Shown here: piece after piece, positions 20,626-40,100 of the stretch
Layout: the number at the start of each line of letters is the position of its first letter
Position numbering within the stretch: position 1 is the first letter of the stretch
Origin: Bugula neritina
Lineage: Eukaryota; Animalia; Bryozoa
Reading direction: 5' to 3'
DNA length: 64,000 nt
NCBI GenBank assembly: GCA_964035545.1
Contig: OZ037766.1
Span: forward strand, 1,240,001 to 1,304,000
The notes under the pieces: generated by a model
Databases searched by the model: none
What the model saw: only the letters and a program-made list of their open reading frames with translations
What the model was told of the DNA's origin: nothing
Position numbers and translations under genes: made by a program

Positions 20626-23504
20626 TTAATTCATCAATAAAATATTGCCAAACTATTATTCAATTGTATAATTATATAGCAATATACCAGTAAAACCTTA
20701 GAACTTTTTTCCATCTATCACTAATTAATTACTTTACTCAAACAATGCATTCTGCATGCTTTGTTTAATAATGTTTTATATCTTTGTAGGCATAATCCAA
20801 GTTTCCGTCTTTATTACTTTTGTTTACTTCTTCTCTTAAAGATTTTTGCTTGAATTTCAACACATTTGAAATATAGTTTTATATCATTACCTTACAACAC
20901 AGTCTAGTTTAAGGGAAATATAACCATGCAACAGTAAATTCTCAGTTCTTATAGTATGCAACACAACAGCCGATAAAAACAAGGCAAAAAGTATTTAAGT
21001 TTTTTAATTCCACCAAAATAGCGTTTTGTTTGTTAGCATCTGAAGTGGTATAGGTATTTAGCAGTTGATTTTCTTTAAAATTGTTATAAGTTCAGCAATG
21101 AAGTTGAATAAATTGCACCGCTCCTAGTATTCCATTTTAACATGAATCAATTTTTCTACAAGAATAACTGCATATCCTGTAAATTCTATATGATTAATTG
21201 TCCTTACGCTGTTAAATATCTAATAGTTTAATTAAAAGTAGTTATGGAACAGCAGGAGGCATTATCTAAGTTGTTATCAGTGTGTAAAAACTTTTTTCCA
21301 GATGCGCTCTAATGGCTAAAGTCCTTTTGCCTGTTAGGAACTCTTGCTAAAAACAAACTATGCAATCATCTGCACTTTTCACAGAGGTTTGTAATGTTTA
21401 TAACTAATGTCGGAACACAGTTATATTATAAGCATCTGCATGAAAATGAAAAATTTACCTACGGGCATTTGAGAAATATAACCTTAAAATCTAATCCTAA
21501 ATAATTTGAGCATTTGACACTTTTTATTTTGAAATAATTTACCATTTAGGTTATACCACATGTATGCAAGCATCTATCTATAATACTCTTATACAATCAA
21601 GTTTTAAGTTTTTAACATAGCTAAACCTTTAATTTAATCAATAATGACCTATCTGCTTAGTGAAGCAGGGAAATTGCAGTGTTTAACAAAATATTCAGAC
21701 TTGTAAACTAATTTTCTAAATACGCTATATAATCATTTTATCTTTGATCTCTTATTCCTTTTATCTTCTCATTTTTCAGTCTTTTCATCTTTTCATTTTG
21801 TAATTTGGTCATCTTTTCATTTGGTAATTTGGTCATCTTTCATTACTCAATCTTGTCTAGGGTCAAGATGATACTTGCAGATATATAATTTTCAGCTTCA
21901 ATTCACAAACATAAATCTGCAACTTGTGCATATTACATGAAATATAAAGCTGCTATATTAGACTTTCGTTAATTATATATAATTATTTAAATAAATAAAT
22001 AAATCAGGTATAACCCACTGCTGCTACTAGCTATATTTTATGTAACCTCAGCATAAAAATTGTGAGGTGAATATTTATTAAAACACATAGTATTTAAAAG
22101 CACGTTACAGCTGTTATTTACTATGTCCATATTCAGTTAAAAACACCGCTTTAAGTTACAGAAAAAATATTTAATGTTAGAATCAAAACGATTATTTTTG
22201 TCTTCAGTCTATTCTCATAATAATATTGTGAAAATAGAACATAAATTATTCAACTTTGTTATAATCAAATTTATATATACCTGATTTTTTTCTCATTTAA
22301 TCAAATGACCGTCTTGTTAAGTCATGCGGAAAAAATTGTAAAATGATTTGTGCTCCTAAATTACCACTTGTTTTGTTACAGACAATCTTTCAATCTGCTA
22401 AGTTTTTCCAGCTGTCTATTTTCTCATTATTTAATCGTTTTGATTTCTCATTTTTCAACCTTTTCATGTTTTCAACTTTCGATCTGATCATAGTTTTATC
22501 TTTCAATCTTGTCTAGGGTGTTATATTATTAGCATTCATTCAATTTTCATTCATCAATTTAAAAATTTTGAAAAATAATTTCAAAACCCTTAAATTTAAG
22601 ATTTCGATGAAATCAACTACAGATAGGCTTTTCAGAATCATTTATTTTTTAGTGAAGCTTTAAGCAGATTTTTGTTACGATCTGTTGATGTAAAGTCTCC
22701 TTTTATGGTACTTTTTATGTATCATGTGACATATAAAATGACACTGACAAAATTTAATTGTCAACTTGACTTGTTTAAGTCAACATTTCAAGATGTAAAG
22801 GAGTTATAAGTAGGCTTATGCTGCTGGGCATTTAATATATATTTAAACAAAATCCAGCTCATGAAATTAATAAAACATTTAGTTATTTAAACAGTTTTTT
22901 GTATTTATAATCTGTTTCCATAAAATGAGCAAACTATAATTTCAAAATGTTAGCATATTATACTAGTTAGAGTCCAATTTTTCTGCATACTGGCAATTTA
23001 CATTCACATTTTAGAATCCTTGATTTTTGTCTCAGAGAACCTAAATATTATGAATGACTATGATGACACTACTTACTCTGTCTACTGTACAGAATACTAT
23101 ATATAGTCATAGCAACAACACGCAGGCTGTGCCCTTAGTATTTGAGAAGCTGTAGAAGAAACCATGCAATTGATGATAAACTTTTCTATAACTAAATTTT
23201 CCACGAAAAGCATTTTTTAGATTTTGGCAGGCCAGAGTATTATGATCTTTTTGTTACAAATTACGAAAAATGGTCAAGTTTCTTATAAATGAATCAGACA
23301 TGGTGCAGGTGCACTTAGCCAATTGTATGGCAGGTAACATTGCATGTCACATCTAGCCAGTTATAGTTCATTGCCCCCTCCCCACAAAGCCTAGCCTCAG
23401 CTTCTGGTTACTTCACTTTGTACGCATTCCTTTTATGGTGAATACAATGAAATAATAAATGATACACCAGCAAAGTGTGGGATGCAAGTCTAATCCTAAC
23501 AACT

Positions 23505-23512
23505 ATAAATAA
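23505..23512 (+). promoter_or_regulatory. Putative TATA box of the annexin gene
   Basis: TATAAATA about 95 nt upstream of the ATG exon. Confidence 0.45.
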
Positions 23513-23600
23513 AGCGCTCATTGATTCTGCTGATGAGATTGCTTTATCTTCAAGACAACGGTGGTAGCCTCTGAACTTACTATACACCTCCCTGCATAAA

Positions 23601-28059
<4,459 letters not shown>

Positions 28060-30221
28060 AACAGCGCTGCTGGAAATATCAACTCATCTTGATATTATTT
28101 CAAATAGATTCATTCAAATTGAATTTTTATAATAATCCATTTATATAACGGAATTAAATTTCTTGCTATAACTCTATTGGTAATATTCATGCATACACAC
28201 GCATATATATACATATATTATATGTGCTTCTAATCACCTTATAGTACATATAATTATAATAATATCCCAGTATACTATATATATTATATATTATAGATGC
28301 CCTTATGTAGTACACTAATTTTATGGCAGTGTACATGTTAAGTTTCTATTTTTAGTAACTTGAAACAATGCTATACCTAATGATGTTTTCTTTAACCAAA
28401 ACTTCTAATTATCATACAATAAATATACTCAATGTTGCCTGCTGTTGATTAGCACTGTAAAACTAAACTTCTCAAATAACGACAGCATGTTGGAACTCCA
28501 ATAGCTGTAAAGTGGTCATACTTTTCTCAGTTCTAGAACTGAATTAAGAAATAAAAGCTAGCTGACTTCCACCATGTAATAATTCACTGTGCATACACCT
28601 TTTTCATAATACTGCAATAACTAGTTTATAAATTTGTTGTTTTAAAGCCACAATTACACTTTATCACCATAGCTTTATTAAAAATTTATTACTTCACCAA
28701 CTGCATTCTCACTTTTTCTCACCTATCTGCGCTTTGTAGCGGGTGGCTGCCAGATACCTAGCTCAATTAGGCACCAACTGCATATAATCAGTAAAATAAA
28801 ATTCATCCACCTTTTAAATTAAGAATTTATCATATAGATGAATGATTTAGATTTATCTTCATTATCTTCCAGTTTAACCAAGTAGATTTGTCTCCCCAAA
28901 TTTTTAGAATTGACTATTGAGAGTTATCTTCTATTGGTCTATAGATTTGATGGTATAACACTGCTCTGTTTCACAACTAGCAATGAGTGTAATAATAACT
29001 TTCAAAAATCAAATGTATGTGACGTCAGAGAAGGCAGGTTAAACTTGTAATATAAAATAGTCTCACCAATATAAATAATAATTTTTAGAAAGAAAATTCG
29101 AAAACGATCAGTAATATTTTTTTGCATATTAATTAACCACTCTAACCACTTGCTGCTTTAAACCACAACAAAACAATAAATGCTAGCCACTCCCCTCAAA
29201 CATCATTGATCTTTCATCTACCCAGGAAGACTACAGTTACAGGTTTAAGGGTGCAACTTATATAATAGCTTTATGTTACTGGTTTTCTATAGTCTGTCTC
29301 AGTTGCTTGAAAAAGTAAATGTTTAAAATATGTTTATAATTTATTCAAAATTTGAAATGTTTGATTCACAGTTTAAAAAGACTTAGCAGTGATTTTCATT
29401 TAAGTAGCGTTGTGATTCCCCCCCCCCCCCCCCCTATTATAGAGTGCAATGGGTAACACTTTACAAGTGCTGTTTTTTCATATCGTTTTATATCTCTCAG
29501 CTACTTAGTAACTGCAAGAATATAGACTGCTGGCATTATCCTGTCAAAAACTGATTTTAAATATATAGCATGTATTATATTATAAGGGAGCAGCCCTGGT
29601 TATAGTGTTTGATTTTCAAACACTATAAATCATGGGTTTGCGCCTACAAACACTATTGGTGATGTTAAGAAGACATCCAGTCATAATTGCTCCTGTACCT
29701 CATCTCATAACTCATAGCTGCTTAGCCCGACTTAACAAAAAGCTCTTTTTCATCAAGGGTTTCTCCCAGGGATGACAACTACAAACTTGTCTGAGTTAGC
29801 TTTTATTATATTGTAACTTTAATTTCAAATAATTATTATTAGTATAATTGTAAGATATTTAATCAGCATTAAAACTAAAAGGTCATAGGCAACCACTTAC
29901 TTGAACTTAGTGAGTCTATTCAATAAATATCTAGTAAATATAAATTTCCTTCCATCAAACAAAACTTCTTGTTAATTGGTAAATAATTTTATTCAAAGAT
30001 AATTGTTTTGTAGGTTGTGTAAATACAATTCATATAGTGGTAACAGCTTAAAGCATATAAGCAAGCCCTTGAGTAAACAAGCATAATGTTGTGTAGGCTT
30101 ACTGTCCAGGAATAAAATATTGACTGGCAGAATTCAATGTTTAAATTATAAAATAAAAGATAAAAAGAATAATTTTTGCAAAAAAATCAATTAATGCAAA
30201 AATAAGAGTTCAGAACAAGTC

Positions 30222-30336
30222 ACTGTTAGTACTCAGTTACTGTTAGTACTCAGTAACTGTTAGTACTCAGTAACTGTTAGTACTCAGTAGCTGTTAGTAC
30301 TCAGTTACTGTTAGTACTCAGTTACTGTTAGTACTT
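30222..30336. repeat. 17-bp tandem repeat (ctgttagtactcagtta) in the 3' UTR of the secreted-peptide gene
   Basis: About 6.5 copies. Confidence 0.9.
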
Positions 30337-30354
30337 GACGGCTGGATGATTTGT

Positions 30355-31757
<1,403 letters not shown>

Positions 31758-32464
31758 CTTACAGTAGCTTCACTCTGTCTACAGAATTATGTATTATTTG
31801 GGTATAAACTTCTTGAACTATATGTATTTACTGAAAAAAGCTAATGCCATCGAAAATACAATTTTTGTATACCATAGAAATTCCAAATCAACAATAAACT
31901 AAAAAGATTAAAAATATCAACAAAAAGAAGCTTCTATTTTCTGAAGGAGATACACAATCACCAAACAGGTTGAAAAGAGCACGTGTTTCTGTCGATACTT
32001 CCACCATAAATGAAAACTCATGTATTTTAATAATTATCATCCGCTCACCAACTTTTAATGGAGTTTGAAAGAATAGAGATGGCTTCAATGGAAAGCAAAT
32101 GTTTTAATGATAGCTTGCTATAGCATCCTTGCTATAGCACTTAATCTAATTACAAAATTACATCAATAAAATACAAATAAGCCTAATAGCATCTCTAAAT
32201 ATACTAATTTAAGAACTATAAAGCTTATATCACATTTCTAAGTTACATCTCTAAAATATTAAGATGTTGGTAGCAGATATACCTGAACTCTTTGTATAAC
32301 TAAATTTCTAAGCTACGTAAAAGAAGATCATTATAAACAGTATATTTAAAAGAATTTAAATTTATATTCAGGAGCAACAAGATAGATTGTGAATCTTACC
32401 GACACAACGTCCTGAACCATCTGACTCTACTAAGAGGAGTGAAGGAGCCAACTCAGACTGAGAA

Positions 32465-32471
32465 CTTAAAT
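32465..32471 (-). promoter_or_regulatory. Putative TATA box (TATTTAA) of the secreted-peptide gene
   Basis: About 65 nt upstream of a strong G|GTAAGA donor that would end a short non-coding first exon. Confidence 0.4.
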
Positions 32472-34861
32472 AGCGGAGTGGGTGAGCCCCACTTCCTGGT
32501 AATTAGGGATGGGGCCCACGCCCTCAACCACTAGTAATAGGTTTCATTTAGAACAACAAAAGGTAACATTTAATAATTATATAACTGTTGATAAAACTTC
32601 GTTTGCGTCGAACTAATTCTAGTTGAGTTTTTCTCGCACTGATATTTTGCATTGCAAATGAGTTTCCCTAATTTAATTAATTCTGTCCCACCTAGCTATG
32701 AATAGGCTAAAGAGGTAAACCTTTTTACTGTGCATAATATTACAATGGCCTATTACTTGTACTATTAATAACTCGAGTTAATCCCTGTTTTCATTTCCAT
32801 ATTTTATATTAAGAATGAGCAACATTTACGTACATGGATTAAAATTCGGAAAAACAAAACAAGTTCCAGCAGCTGTATTTTATGACGTGAAGCATAAATT
32901 AAAATAATTTTACAAATTCAGCATTCATATGCATGAATAATATGAAATCATACTTGTATTATCTTTGCATTGCTTTAGCATTATTCTTTTATTATACCTG
33001 AAATATCCTATTATTATCCTTGTATTACACTTGCACTGCACTAGTATATTATATCTGTATCATACTTTAAATATTCTTGTACTATACAGTCTATACTCAA
33101 TTATACATGTGATAGCACAGGGGGCCATTGTAAATAAGCTTCGCCCAAAGGAAACACTTAATAGCTCAACTTTGCATTTTCCCAGCAGCTTTAATATTCA
33201 TTTCAAGTTCCATAGTCCCGCCTGTTTGTTTGGTCTACAATGAATTGTTCACATCTATGTTTAACAGAGATCTAAATTAGACTTTACCACTAAAAGGCTG
33301 TCAGAGCTAAAAATTGCACTAGTAAGTTAGTATACGCAAAAGTAAGCTGTTTTTAATTACCGAATGATGGCTCTAAGTTCTTATATAGAGTAAATACTGT
33401 ATAGATATATCGTTATAAAATAAACCTAAATCTATAAGTGCAATAAAAACTTTATAATATGGCTTATGCAAACCTATTTTTTCTAAAAGAATTAAAAGTT
33501 GAAAAGATTATTGCTACTCGATGACTGTGAGTAAATTCAAAGCAGTCATCTTGGAGCATGTCACATGACCATTTTAAAGTTGAGTGACTTTGTGTTGAGA
33601 ATGTGACAGGAAGTTCCTGATCCTAGTTTATTTTTATTATAATTATGAAAACTGAGAAAATTACTTAATCCTTTTAACCTAACGTTCAATTCATTGTACT
33701 GTACGTACAGACGGAATCACAATAAAGCTATAAGACTATCAACTACAGCTTCATGCTTTGACTGTACACGTATAAACTATTGCAATATATGGAAGTATTT
33801 AAAGTGTTTTAGAATGAGTCAAGCCTAAACTTAATTTAATTTAGACATATTATCTTTTGACTTACATTTTTAGTTTATAAAGTTACTGTTTTATATTTAG
33901 TAGAATAATTAATACTGTAGAAAAAAAAATTGCAGACTGGGAGGGCCTTTAGAATTACTATATAATTACTCTAATCATTGACTTATTCAGCAACATTCTG
34001 CCACAGATTAAATTTATTTCAATAGAATGATGCATTTGATGTGGTTAATCAAGGGCTGCAGCAATTTTAATTTCACAGAATTTACCTTCTCTAAATTGTT
34101 TAATAACAGAAATAAGAGAGATTTTATGATCCATCATACATTCTTGTTAATTAAATTTTTGTACGCCTGCAAATCACGTGATATAAGTTATAGCTTCTGT
34201 ATGATGCAGTAAAACACATTTCTTTTCAAATAATAATACTTTAATACTTTTATCCTATTAAAAATAAAGCTGAATATTAAGAAGGACCTAAATAAGATTC
34301 TCATAATATTATCATCCACCCAAATTATCTCAAATGCTATTTTTCAGTTTAGTATTACCGTCAAAAGAGTTATCTATAATCAAGTAAGCTAATTGCATAT
34401 TTTCAGAGCTATTAGAGACATCTACTAATTTATATGTTAATTAAATACTAATAAATATTCATTGCCGCTGGGATAATGCTTTGCTACCAAATAACAGGAT
34501 GAGAACTAATAATATTTTCCTACATCTCTTATAGTCAGATGTGTTGACACTTAACTGTGGTCAGTTGACCTGCAACACATTTGTACTCTGTTTCCATTTT
34601 CTGTGGACACAACATGTCTTTATAAAGGCACAAACGTAAGCAAGAAGTGCTGAAAATGCTAATTCAAATACTTGAGTGATTTTTCATAAAATTGGCATAG
34701 ATTGAAATTCCAAAGGAAGTTTTTACAATTCTTTAGATGTTAATGTTTATAGTATCTGAAACTACTAAAGGTATATATATATAAGTTTGCTGTTAAGCTC
34801 AAACTGTGCTAATTATATTTGTTCATTTACAGAGGCATGTAGTGTTGCTTGGAATCTTGAT

Positions 34862-34958
34862 GCCCCTGCAACGCGATTGGTTAGCCGGTTTGATTGCAAG
34901 CCGGAGGTCTGTGGTTCGAATCCTGGTGGGGGCAATTATGTTACATGTAGCTCCAATT
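34862..34958 (+). mobile_element. tRNA-derived SINE head (Ala-like TGC loop)
   Basis: gcccctg...ggttcgaatcc...gggggca with A/B-box-like motifs; imperfect cloverleaf; shares 3' tail with the copy at 45971. Confidence 0.6.
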
Positions 34959-35809
34959 ACATTAGAATAGGATGATGCATACACCTCTAAGTCTATAGCA
35001 GTATAATTATATGAATTTTCAGCTTACTGTTTACAATTCATGTTAATTTTAGCTTCTTATATTATGACCCTTTAATGGATGTATATTCATGTGTCTCATT
35101 AGTGGAACTGGGTATGCTGAGACATGGCCGATGCCTTAGCTGGTAATGGGTAATGATAATGGGTAATAAGTAATAGTATTGGGTAATGGGTAGTGGTAAT
35201 GGGTAACATGGATATATTAAGAAAAATAACTCTCCGCTGACCATGAGTATTGTAAAAGATGCGTTGGCATCAGTATTAGAATGATTTACTGTAACTCACA
35301 ATAGCATTATGTATGTTTCCAAAATAAATATCATAAACTTTTTAGTAACAACAGCATAACTTTTAAAAGTTATGTGCACTTGCTGTAATTTGCGAGCATA
35401 AATCCTAGTGTATCAACCCTTCAAATTTAACCCCAAGAGTTCCTTATTAAAAAACAAAAGATATAATTGTTGCTAGCATAAATATCGCTGCTATTGCTTT
35501 GCTACACTGAGTATATCGATTTGAGTTCACATGTTTATCAAAATAGCCGGATATTGCACTCTTAGCTTTGTGCCGACTGACAATGTTAAGATGTGCCATC
35601 TTTGTCAAAACAATACCAGAGTAATGTTTTGCTGCTGTGGAAATCAATGCATTCATCTGACGTCACTAGTTACTAATCCTGTTAGCATAGTAATTATAAT
35701 TTATACAATCAATAAAGATTTTAAAATCTGCTATAATGTCACATGCATTGACACTTGGATTCTTCTATATCGAAGGTAAGCTCAGATTTATAGTAGAAGT
35801 TTCTAGAAG

Positions 35810-35812
<3 letters not shown>

Positions 35813-35875
<63 letters not shown>
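35813..35875. repeat. (TA)n microsatellite
   Basis: Direct reading. Confidence 0.95.
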
Positions 35876-35877
<2 letters not shown>

Positions 35878-37172
35878 TATAGGTATAGTAAATATTATGT
35901 CAGATATTATCATAAACTGCTATGTTTCTGTTTCGCGGTGGTTTAAATCTATTAGTTTGTATAGAATTGCTAGGAGGATACATTTATTTTAGATGAAGTT
36001 GTTAAAGCCATGCTAGCTAAATATCTATATATAAAAAGTAGCTAAGGGAAAGCATTGGATTAAATACATAATAGAAAACATAGAAAACTATTTCAATAGT
36101 TCAACAATGAATAATTAAGGCAATATTTTGAAAGAAGCCAACTTGCTTTACTATGCTAAAATATCATTCATGCAGTCTATTTTTGTTGGTTTATGTATTT
36201 TAATTTGTAATGCAAATGTATAATTTATCACATGTATATTTTGTCACTGCTAATGCATTGGAAATAAACTTATAAGTTTGGTTGTTGTTTAGACAGCGGG
36301 CAGCGAAACACACAGGTGCCATCTATTATTCCATACTCATTAGTCAGTTGGTTCAACACCTTGTCAACTGCAAACAGTTCAAGCTGCCAATTCATTCTAT
36401 TCAGACCATCAAACTTTAGGCTTCATGAAAAAATACATTTCATTGATTTTAGTAATGAATTAGAAAATGACATCTCTTCAATACTATATATATATTCAAA
36501 TAAAGTCATTGACATAATATTTTTCTAGTTTATGGAAAACATCATACCTAACGTTATTATTAAGCTAGAAGAAATTATAATGCAATCAATATATAGAAAG
36601 TTCTATAGAAAAATTTGTAGCAAAAAGTTACAATAATGAGGTTTACAAAAAATTAGCTCTAAACCCATCTTCATTAGCTTTTCATCAAATTCCAGCTGAG
36701 CTAAATTTTGCCGAATAAGAAAAGCATGACCCCCTATTGAAACAATGTTCTCATAGTTTGTAGCACCAGTTTATACAGACCAAACTGCATGTAAAAAAAG
36801 TTTATGTTCATAATCAACCATATTTTAGTGTCAGCAATTTTATAGTTCTTTATTTTACCTGTAATCTTAGCACATATTCTATAACCTTATTTTCATTTAT
36901 TATCAGAGATCATGCCTTTTATTGTGTTACATAAATTCATGTGCCTAACTAAAGTCAAGTAAGTTAAATCCGGTGAATGGGCCACATTGCATTGCTATCT
37001 ACAGCAATTGCTAACAGTTCTATAATTGAGCTTATTTTGTGAGTGTCTTGTTGCTAGGGAACCTTAAAATTAGTTTCAACATCACTAAACCTTCAATCTG
37101 TTTATTTTTTCTGTAAACAGCAGGAAAACATTTCTCAACTAATTTTATTGTTTGTTGTATTTCTAGTTCAAA

Positions 37173-40100
37173 ATGGGTTCCTCCTCCAGTAGCTTGACTA
37201 CAGCTTCTTTTAGACAGGAGAATGGTTCCTACAACAAATCTGGTAAAATCCTTGAGCCATTGAAAGAGCCACCCCTACCAGCAGTTGGTAAATTTCATCC
37301 ACATTTATTCACATCTATATTCACGCTTTCAAAATTAATACATAGATTCCAGTGATAATGCTTTGAATAAATGTGTATACATGCAGAAAATTTTCAATAG
37401 CCTTGCTATACTAGCAGTTTTGTAAATTTAAGAAATCAATGATATCACTAAAACAAGTTAGTATATTATTTTGATTCGAGCAATCGAGTTCCAGTATCCA
37501 ACAGTTTTTCTAATCGCTGCCGGAATAATTAAAAAAAATTAAAGACAAGCAATCAAGTCATTTCATAATAACCACGTATGTTCAGGGCAATGGCTTTTTA
37601 GTGAAATATTTTATACTGAATTTGCATAACATAATAGACCAGAAAATAACTGTAATCAGCTGGTTATGTTTAAAAATAAGCTGCCAGAAGCAAATTAAGC
37701 ACGTGATTGCTCGAATAAGTCTTTTGCTAATGACTGACGAGGACTAGTAATTTACTCTTTTAAGTGTTTATTATAAATTATTAGTTCAATAAACTACAAT
37801 ACATTACAATTAACTTCTGTTGAACTAAAATGAGCTATTATAGCGTGTTTTGTTAGTCAATCAAGAAGCATTTCCATGCATGTGTGATGATGTATAAGTT
37901 ACGCAACTTGTTCTGTATCAATAATTGCCTGTGCTTTTAAACCCAACAATGCAGCACTTTTCTCTATGCTCTAATTTAATTTATTTATGGCATACTGCTG
38001 TATATTTGGTGATAATTTTATTTAAGTGAACTTTGTTAATTAGGAATAAGTAGGATAGTGAAAACAACAAATATCACATGTTCCAATATTTGTGTCATGG
38101 AACTGCTTTTGTAACTTTGTTTCGTGTGAAATAGTTTACCTACAACGACATTGCGTAATAATAAAAAGCTTTTGTAACTAATATTTGGAACTATATTTAC
38201 CAGTGATGTGTGTTATATATAGGGTGTGAGTGTGCTATATATAGGGTGTGTGTGCTATATTTAGGGTGTGTATGCTATATATAGGGTGTGTATGCTATTT
38301 ATAGGGTGTGTGCTATATATAGGGTGAGTGTGCTATATATAGGGTGTGTGTGTGCTATATTTAGGGTGAGTGTGCTATATATAGAGTGAGTGTGCTATAT
38401 ATAGGGTGTGTGTGCTATATATAGGGTGAGTGTGCTATATATAGGGTGAGTGTGCTATATATAGGGTGAGTGTGCTATATATAGGGTGGGTGTGCTATAT
38501 ATAGGGTGAGTGTGCTATATATATAGGGTGTGTGTGCTATATATAGGATGGGTGTGCTATATATAGGGTGAGTGTGCTATATATAGGGTGAGTGTGCTAT
38601 ATATAGGGTGAGTGTGCTATATATAGTAGGGTGAGTGTGCTATATATATAGGGTGTGTGTGTGCTATATATAGGGTGAGTGTGCTATATATAGTAGGGTG
38701 AGTGTGCTATATATATAGGGTGTGTGTGTGCTATATATAGGGTGAGAGTGCTATATATTACGGCATATGTGCAGCTTGAAACAACTTGAAGTAAAATATT
38801 ATCGTTAGAATTTATTCAGCTGTATTTTTAGATAAAATCGGCAACTATACAACAACTAAGCAGGCTGGGGGCGTGGCTACTATGATTATAAAAATAGGCC
38901 AAGAAGAATATATGGACTATGATGGTGCGGGCGATAATGTAAAATACGGCAGACTAGGAGATCAGGGAGATTATCACCAGCTATTCAAGGTGCTTTTTTT
39001 AAACAGAAATGTTTTGTACATGGAATATTTTTCTATATAATTGGAGTTTGAAGTAAAAATGTTTCACTAGAAAAAACTTTCTTTTATTTGATAAATTATT
39101 GTCTTCTTCAGTATTCATGACTAATTAAGTATTTGTATGTGTTATGTTATGATAAGAAAAATAACCTGCTTTTAGAGAAAATAAACCTTTGAACACAAAT
39201 TTGTATGCATTATTGTGCAAAGTGGGGAAATTTACTGCACATGACAAGAACCTCGATATTAATTTTATTAATCAAAAAATTAGTGCTTTTCCAGGTTGAA
39301 ACTTTCTTATAAGCCTGCATGTTAATTCCTTTATCACATCAATAAACTTTTTTAACAACAGTTCATTTTTTAAACCTTAAAATAATTGTCTGTTCTAGAT
39401 CTATTTATTCTCTGCATATTATACATTAACTGTTTTATTAGAAAAACTTAGTGCTACTCCAAGACCATGCGTCACTGGGACTGAACACACCAATACCAAT
39501 AGCTGAGGATTTTAATACCAACATCTATATGGTGAGTCAACTCAACAAATCTCAGTTGACGGAGTTGTCTTCTCAACACAAGAATAAGGTGAGATTTCCC
39601 TCCATTGTTTCTGTTCTAATAGTCATTTAAGGGAACAAATAAAATAGTTTTTACAAACTAAAAAGATTATTTATTTTGTAAATTTCTGACAAACTACATT
39701 TCAGTGTCACACAAATCAAATGTTCACCTCTTCAGTGAATAATTTTATTCCATTCCAGCGAATCTGTAAAGTGTCAGTGAGAATGGAACCAGTCCTGTTT
39801 ATTGACCCTCCTTCATCAAAGTCTGGCACCATTTCCTGTCACCTGTATCATGTACACAAACGAGCTCCTTATATCCCTGATGATCAAATGATTCTGCGAC
39901 AAGCAGAGTGCAATGATTTTGAGATTAAAATACGGAAAGAGGTTTGTTTTGTTCACATGTCAAATAATACTAAAAGATCAGTGGCTGTTAGCAGCTCAAA
40001 TTTATATGATTTCTGTGCACATGCAAGCATGCAGTGTATTAATGTCAACATCAAGTTTATTTATGCAATCAAACTAGTTTTATTTTTTCATTTGTGTAAA

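Noticed and set aside
37474-37716. Inverted 12-mer attcgagcaatc/gattgctcgaat as MITE ends
   Set aside because: Complementarity does not extend; no TSD.
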